Origin: Fonticula-like sp. SCN 57-25 | Taxonomy: Eukaryota | Assembly (NCBI GenBank): GCA_001724245.1 | Contig: MEDX01000011.1 | Span: forward strand, 1 to 64,000 | DNA length: 64,000 nucleotides | Reading direction: 5' to 3' | Part shown: piece by piece, positions 58,635 to 64,000 of the stretch | Position numbering within the stretch: position 1 is the first letter of the stretch | Layout: each line of letters starts with the position of its first letter | Translations under genes and position numbers: made by a program | Notes under the pieces: generated by a model | What the model was told of the DNA's origin: nothing | The model's input: the letters and a program-made list of their open reading frames with translations, nothing else | Databases searched by the model: none

Positions 58635-61600
58635 CTACCGCCGCTTTGTTTCGCGCGAAAACATTCCGATGAGCTGGTCGCGGATGTGCCCGACGTTAAG
58701 CTTGTCCTCGGGCCCCGCGAGTATGCTTCCGCCGCCGTCGCGGGCCGACTTTGGCCGGCCGCCCTCGGTGGGCTTGAGCAGCTCGATGAGGTCGTACACG
58801 CTGTAGTTCTTGGGCTGCACCTCCCATATGCGCTCCAGGAGCGGCGAGGGGGCGGCGTCGGGCGAGTTGAGAAAGGTCGTCAGCAGAGTGTGGTACAGCT
58901 CAAACTGCTCTACAATGTCGCGCTCATTGTTTTGAAGCTGCAAAGATGGCGGTTAGAGAAGCAGATACACAAAGATACAGATACAAGCACACATACAGAT
59001 ACACAGACGAGCACACACACACACGCACACACACACACGGAAATCAAGTCAAACACGTACGAGTGCGATGCCCTGCTCCCATCTCTCGAGCGACAAAAGG
59101 AACCGCAGCGCGCGCGAAGACTCTTCCGCGCTCACCAGCAGCTGCACAATCGCCTCAATCGCACCCTCCGCGTCACGGTGACCAAGCACGTCCGCCGCGT
59201 CCACCGGCACGACCTTTTCCATGCGTCAGTCACAGTCACAGCCAATCAGCGAGCGACGTACCACGCGGATGGCGCGGCGGCGGAACGAGTTGAGGTTCTT
59301 GAGCGTGTCCTTGCGGCTGGCGCGCATCGGACGGCTCGAGTTCTGGAACGTCGTCGAGCTGGCGGCGGTGCCGCGCGTGTTGAGTGTCGCGGCGGCGCGC
59401 ATGGAGCAGTGGTGCGCGAGCTGCACGAGCAGAGGGACGAGCGGCGGGTCCTCGGCGATGGCGAGCGAGCACAGCTGCTCAAAGAGAGGGTGACGGCCAG
59501 AGCGACCGCGGTGGCCCTGGATAGAAAGGTGAGAAGGTCATGTGGAGAAAAGTGGAACATGTACCTCAAAGGAGAACTCTTGGATCGCTTCCTCGGCAAA
59601 CAGGCTGTCGAGTAGAAGCGCGTCATCGCCCTCGGGCATATTTGCCTCGCCTATAAAATTGCACAAAACGGCACAAAATGGCACAATGGTACAAAAACAA
59701 GAACAACAACAAATTATCAACAGCGTAGTGAGCATTTCATATCAAAAAAGCATTAACGCACTGTACGACCGCAGCTTCAAGTGCGCCTCGAGGCTTGCAA
59801 GCACGATGGCTGGCTCGTTCCTCACAAGCTCCTCCATCCTGGCGCGGTCCGCCTTGTCCGCCGGCGTCTTATTGAGCCTAAACTGCGCGATGGCGCGCTC
59901 GACGATGGCGTCCACCTCTGTCGCCGTGTTGCGCGCCATAAGAATGAGCTGCTCGTCGGTGGCGAGCGGCGCGTGCTGCGGCTCCTCGTTCAGCCACTGC
60001 CGCAGCGACGGCTCGACAAGGTCGTTTAACGGCGTGCGAGTGCGGAACGCGCGGAAGGCCGCCGACGCCTCGGCAGAGTCCGCCTTGGCGAGCGCGGCGA
60101 GGCTATCGCCCGACGCTTGGTCGCCGCGGAAGACGGTCAGGAAGCGCGCGACGAGCTCGCGGACGGGCGCTTCGAAGCGGGGGAGGTGCTGAAGGAGAGC
60201 GACTACAAGGGCGGGGGACTCGAGCAGCTCGTCATCCACAAGAGAGTGGACAACTTGAAGCAAAAGTGACGTCTGCTCGGCGGTCAGCGGCGTTTGCTGA
60301 AAAAAAGTCGGTCAGCATCAGCAGCAAAAGAGCAGAGAGACAATCAAGAATGACACACTCAAGTATGAGACAATCAAATGGATAGACACGGCAATCAAAG
60401 AGGTAACAAAATGAGCAAATCCACTTTATCAAAGACAACAAACATGTAATGTAAATCGCACCTGAGCGCGCTGCTGCAGCTCGAGTGCCGCATCGATGAG
60501 GTGCTTTGCGCGGTGCCTCCTCAGCGACCACACGCGCGACGTCGCAAGCGCGTCGAGCTGCGCCGGGCTGAGCACCTCGCTGCCGTCGCCCGCCGCCTCC
60601 GCGCCCGCCGTGACGAGCACGCGGTCAAACTGGAGCTGCCACGCGCCGCCCGCGCTCCACATGCCCACATTGTGCGTGTCGCGCGTCGGCACCCACACTC
60701 GCGGGCTGTCCAGCTGCAGCGGGTACTGCACCTCGCGGATCAGCGCGCCCGTGCGGATCGAAAAGACGCGGCAGGATGTAAAGTTGAAGACAATGGCGTG
60801 CGTGCGGTGGAGCGCAAAGGAGAGGACGCGCGTGTCCATCGTGCCGGCGGGGAGTGTGCAAAGAGGCTGAAGTTGAACGCCGCCGTCTGCAATGCGGCAC
60901 AGAACCTGTCAAAGGCATCAGTAAAAGGAAGAATATGGTGCAAAGAGGGTAAAAGGGGCATGTAATACTGCAAAACGTACCAGACGACCGGTGGATTCGA
61001 GTACGACGAGCTCGTGCGTGGAAGGGTGCGATGCGACACCAGAAATGTGCGGGATCCGAACGGTGTCGGAGAACGCGTCCTTTGCAACGGCCCGCGCGCC
61101 GGCGTCCGTGCCGGGCGTGTAGCCAACCTTGTAGTCAATCATCTCCTCATGGAAGGCGTCGGGGCCGGTGGACAGCGACGCGCCCCATACCTATGGCGAT
61201 CGTGTTAGCTCACGAGTCATGAACTTATAAGAGGAAAAAGATACGCACCAGTGAGTAGAGCTCTTGCTTTTTCCTTGAATAAAAATAGATCTGGTCGGGA
61301 TCGCCCCTCCTGTGAATGTCGTTGGACACTGCGCTGACGATTGCAAACCCGCCGGTCGTCTCCCAGATGCCGCCGGCCGCCGAGACGCCGCACGCGACAG
61401 CGACGGGTAGCGATACATTCAGCTCAAAAGCATTGCTGCTGCCGCCTGTGTGTGTCCGAGCGGCCGCTGTAAACGATACTTCTTGCAGAAAAACGTCCGA
61501 CATGGCCGGATCGTCCGTCTCGCTTGCCGCCAACGCATAGACAACATAGATTTTGTCAGAGTGCAGCGCGACGCGCCCCATGGAAATGTTGAGCGTCCCT

Positions 61601-62052
61601 TGTGAAAAGAGCTTGACGCCGCTGTGCACGCGCTCCCACACCATCGCGGTCGATGCCAGGTAGCGCCACAGCTCGAGGGAGCCGTCCTGCCGCAGGCAGC
61701 ACAGCGTCTGGACATGATCGCGCGCGCCCACGCCAATATCAAAATCGTTCGCAACAAAAACGTCTACAATAGGCGACGTGTTCTCCGTCGAGTGAAGCGG
61801 TTGAGCGGCCATTCCGCCAAAGCCCGTGTCGACAACGGCGCGCTGCCGACCCCCTACCTGCCGCGCGCCGACATCCCCGGTCGATGAAACGGCATCCACC
61901 GCCGCGAGCTCGTATTTTCCGGGCGATGGCGACACGCTCAGTATCAAGTGGCCCTTGGCATTCCACACGCGCTGTACCGTGGGCCACACGGACGTCAGCG
62001 GGAGCGGACTCCGCAGCGGCGGCCAGCAGTACTCGACGCGCTCGAGCCGCAT
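58635..62052 (-). CDS. Large beta-propeller + alpha-helical protein, probable BLOC-2 subunit HPS6 homologue
   Basis: Multi-exon gene. SPIVDVFV...LRQDGSLELW...WERV and C-terminal IWEVQP...DLIELL...EDKLNVGHIRDQL resemble recalled HPS6 segments. Start codon uncertain. Confidence 0.55.
58961..59038. repeat. CA-rich microsatellite-like tract in an intron
   Basis: GATACA/CACA units ending in (CA)n. Confidence 0.8.
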
Positions 62053-62211
62053 CACAACACAGGTGCAAACTGCAAACTACGCATGATCACCCGACCGCGC
62101 TGAGTAGTGACAGCATCACACATTGATCGAAGCGGGGCAACGGCAACACGGAGCGACGCTTGAAATTGGGCTCGCAGCAGCACTGCGCCTCTCAAGTGGG
62201 CGCTATTCATC

Positions 62212-63546
62212 ATGAGCATGCGATATGGCGCCTTGGCGCAAATACACGCAAGGTTCGTGATCATACACCATTGTTGTTGGAAACTGACATAAAAACGGGA
62301 TTGGTAGTAAGGCGCTCACGATGCTGTGCATGGCCGCTGCCGTGGTGCTTATTGCCGCGCGCGCAGACGGCCTCATCAACGCGTCGCTCTGGTCCGTATT
62401 TGTACCGCTCTTTGTGTGGGACGCGGCGGCGATCGTCGGCGCTGCAATGGGACTCGCGGTGCTTGTCCGGCTGCCCGCCTACGAGTGCGCTTCAAACCCG
62501 AAACCGTATCCCGCGTGGCTAACAGATACTTTCCTCTTTATCAGAATTGAGCCCACTGACCACGAGGACGTCAAGAACATTCTTTTGACGGCGAGCCTCT
62601 TTGTATGCAAGCTTGTCTTTGAGCTGTTGGTGTGCGCCAAGGTTGATGGCGCGGTCATGATGTCGTGGTCCCTGGTCTTCATCCCGTCGTACGTGCTCGC
62701 CGTCGCGAGCATGGCTGTCTGCGTGTACCAGAAGCGGCACGAGCGCCCGGCAGACGTCGAAGGCGCGTTCGCCCTCCTCGCGCTCTTTTTCGTGCTCCTG
62801 CCGCTCAAGCTGGACGGCGTGGTCGACTGGGGGTGGCAGGTGCGCTCTCTCCTCCCCGCCATGCTTGCGCTGACTGAGCGCGGCCCGTAGATTGTGTTTA
62901 TCCCTATCTGGATCATGCTCGCGATTGGCACGGCCGCGGTGCTCTTCTTTGTCTTTGTCTACATGGGCTCCCAGCCCGCGCTCGAGGACGACCGCTCAGA
63001 GTACATCGGGCGGCTCGCCGTGCTCTCCTTTGTCGTCGCAATGATGGCCGTTTCCACGGTACGTTTCTTATTGCCTGTTTGACTGCCATTACTGAACTGG
63101 ATTTGTGTGCTTTTGCTTTTCTTGTTGCTACTAGGGATTGATCACGGCAAGACTGAGTGGCGCCATTGACGGGCTGTACACGGCGATGGTCACTCCTTTC
63201 CTCGCCGCCTGCGCCGTCGTCTTTTGGAGAAGCATCGTCCGAAGCGGCGGTAACCCATGTTCGTGCTTTCTATCTGTTGCATTCTGTTCTGACGCTCCTC
63301 TGTCGTAGGGTGGTTTGGACTCAGGCTACATACCAACCGCGAGAACGAATTCCTCCCCGTGTTCAAAGAGGTACGATAGTCTTTTTTGCTTGTGTATTGG
63401 CTGGCCCGCTCACTTGCTCTGATTAGGATGAGGGCGAGGCGCAGCCGCTCAATGGGGAATCCAGCTTGATCGACGACGAAAAGGCCGAGCCAGTCGTTAC
63501 TTTTACACCGCCGCCGCCAGTGCGGTCGCTCATGGTGCCCGATTGA
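62212..63546 (+). CDS. TMEM185: Transmembrane protein 185 homologue
   Basis: Repeated (R/K)xDG....W..VFxP units, FELLVC, WFGL and C-terminal xPD match recalled TMEM185A/B. Confidence 0.85.
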
Positions 63547-63736
63547 GCAGCCGTATGAGTAGTACCTTTTTTGTCATATCGTGTAATGTTTTATATTAGC
63601 CCATTTTGGTACAGTACCTTTTCCATGTTGTGTTTTCTCGGTTCGTGCGCGACACTGAATAACAAACGATATATTTAATGGTTATTGTACAGCTATACAC
63701 ACAAAGAAACAGCGAAAATGGCCCGCGAAGCGGCGC

Positions 63737-64000
63737 TCACCCGTACGACTGCCGCGCGAATTCCCGCAGGTCAGCCGCACTTACCCTGGACGCCGCGCTC
63801 TCACCAAACGTGCTCGACCATGTGCTCTGCTCGCGCCCCTGGCGAGACGCATTGTGCCGCCCGTAGGGGTCAGACGATACGGGCGCCGGCTGCCTCGTCG
63901 ACCTGTTGAGCGGCGGCCTTTCGGCGGGCGCATTTGCCGTCGCGTGCCTGGAAGAGCGGGGGTGAGCAATACCATAAAGGCCAGAAATGGGCGCACCGCT
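63737..64000 (-). CDS. Probable last exon of a gene entering from beyond the window
   Basis: GTGCGC...CCAG intron at about 63996-63948, then an open frame HATANAPAERP...REFARQSYG-stop. Confidence 0.45.
   Translation of the reverse strand, partial: SGAPISGLYGIAHPRSSRHATANAPAERPPLNRSTRQPAPVSSDPYGRHNASRQGREQSTWSSTFGESAASRVSAADLREFARQSYG

Overview
This is eukaryotic nuclear DNA from a very compact, GC-rich genome. About 33 genes lie in 64 kb, with many ~45-80 nt spliceosomal introns (donors mostly GTGCGC/GTACGC, branch sites GCTGAC/GCTAAC) and many head-to-head gene pairs only 56-310 bp apart. Gene content mixes genes best known from animals (TMEM192, FIBP, SWSAP1, RSU1, IQSEC/BRAG-type ARF-GEF, TFEB-like bHLH, TMEM185, probable HPS6) with a fungal-type Erv2. 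This suggests a unicellular opisthokont or close relative (inference). Housekeeping genes include POLE, importin-beta, RPC3, prohibitin, GMDS, a Drs2/ATP8A flippase, beta'-COP and an M3 oligopeptidase. The stand-out is an intronless, compositionally atypical 589-aa ABC-ATPase + TOPRIM gene (28753-30522) with the architecture of bacterial OLD / fused PARIS anti-phage proteins. Also notable are a Crinkler-like ubiquitin-header + HNH nuclease gene, a small ORF with a bacterial-type H/C/CxxC zinc module, a TFEB-like factor that keeps apparent Rag-binding and 14-3-3 motifs, and an unusually diverged CFAP20. All assignments are by-eye motif recognition and manual splicing; no searches were run. CDS coordinates span first to last exon, introns included.
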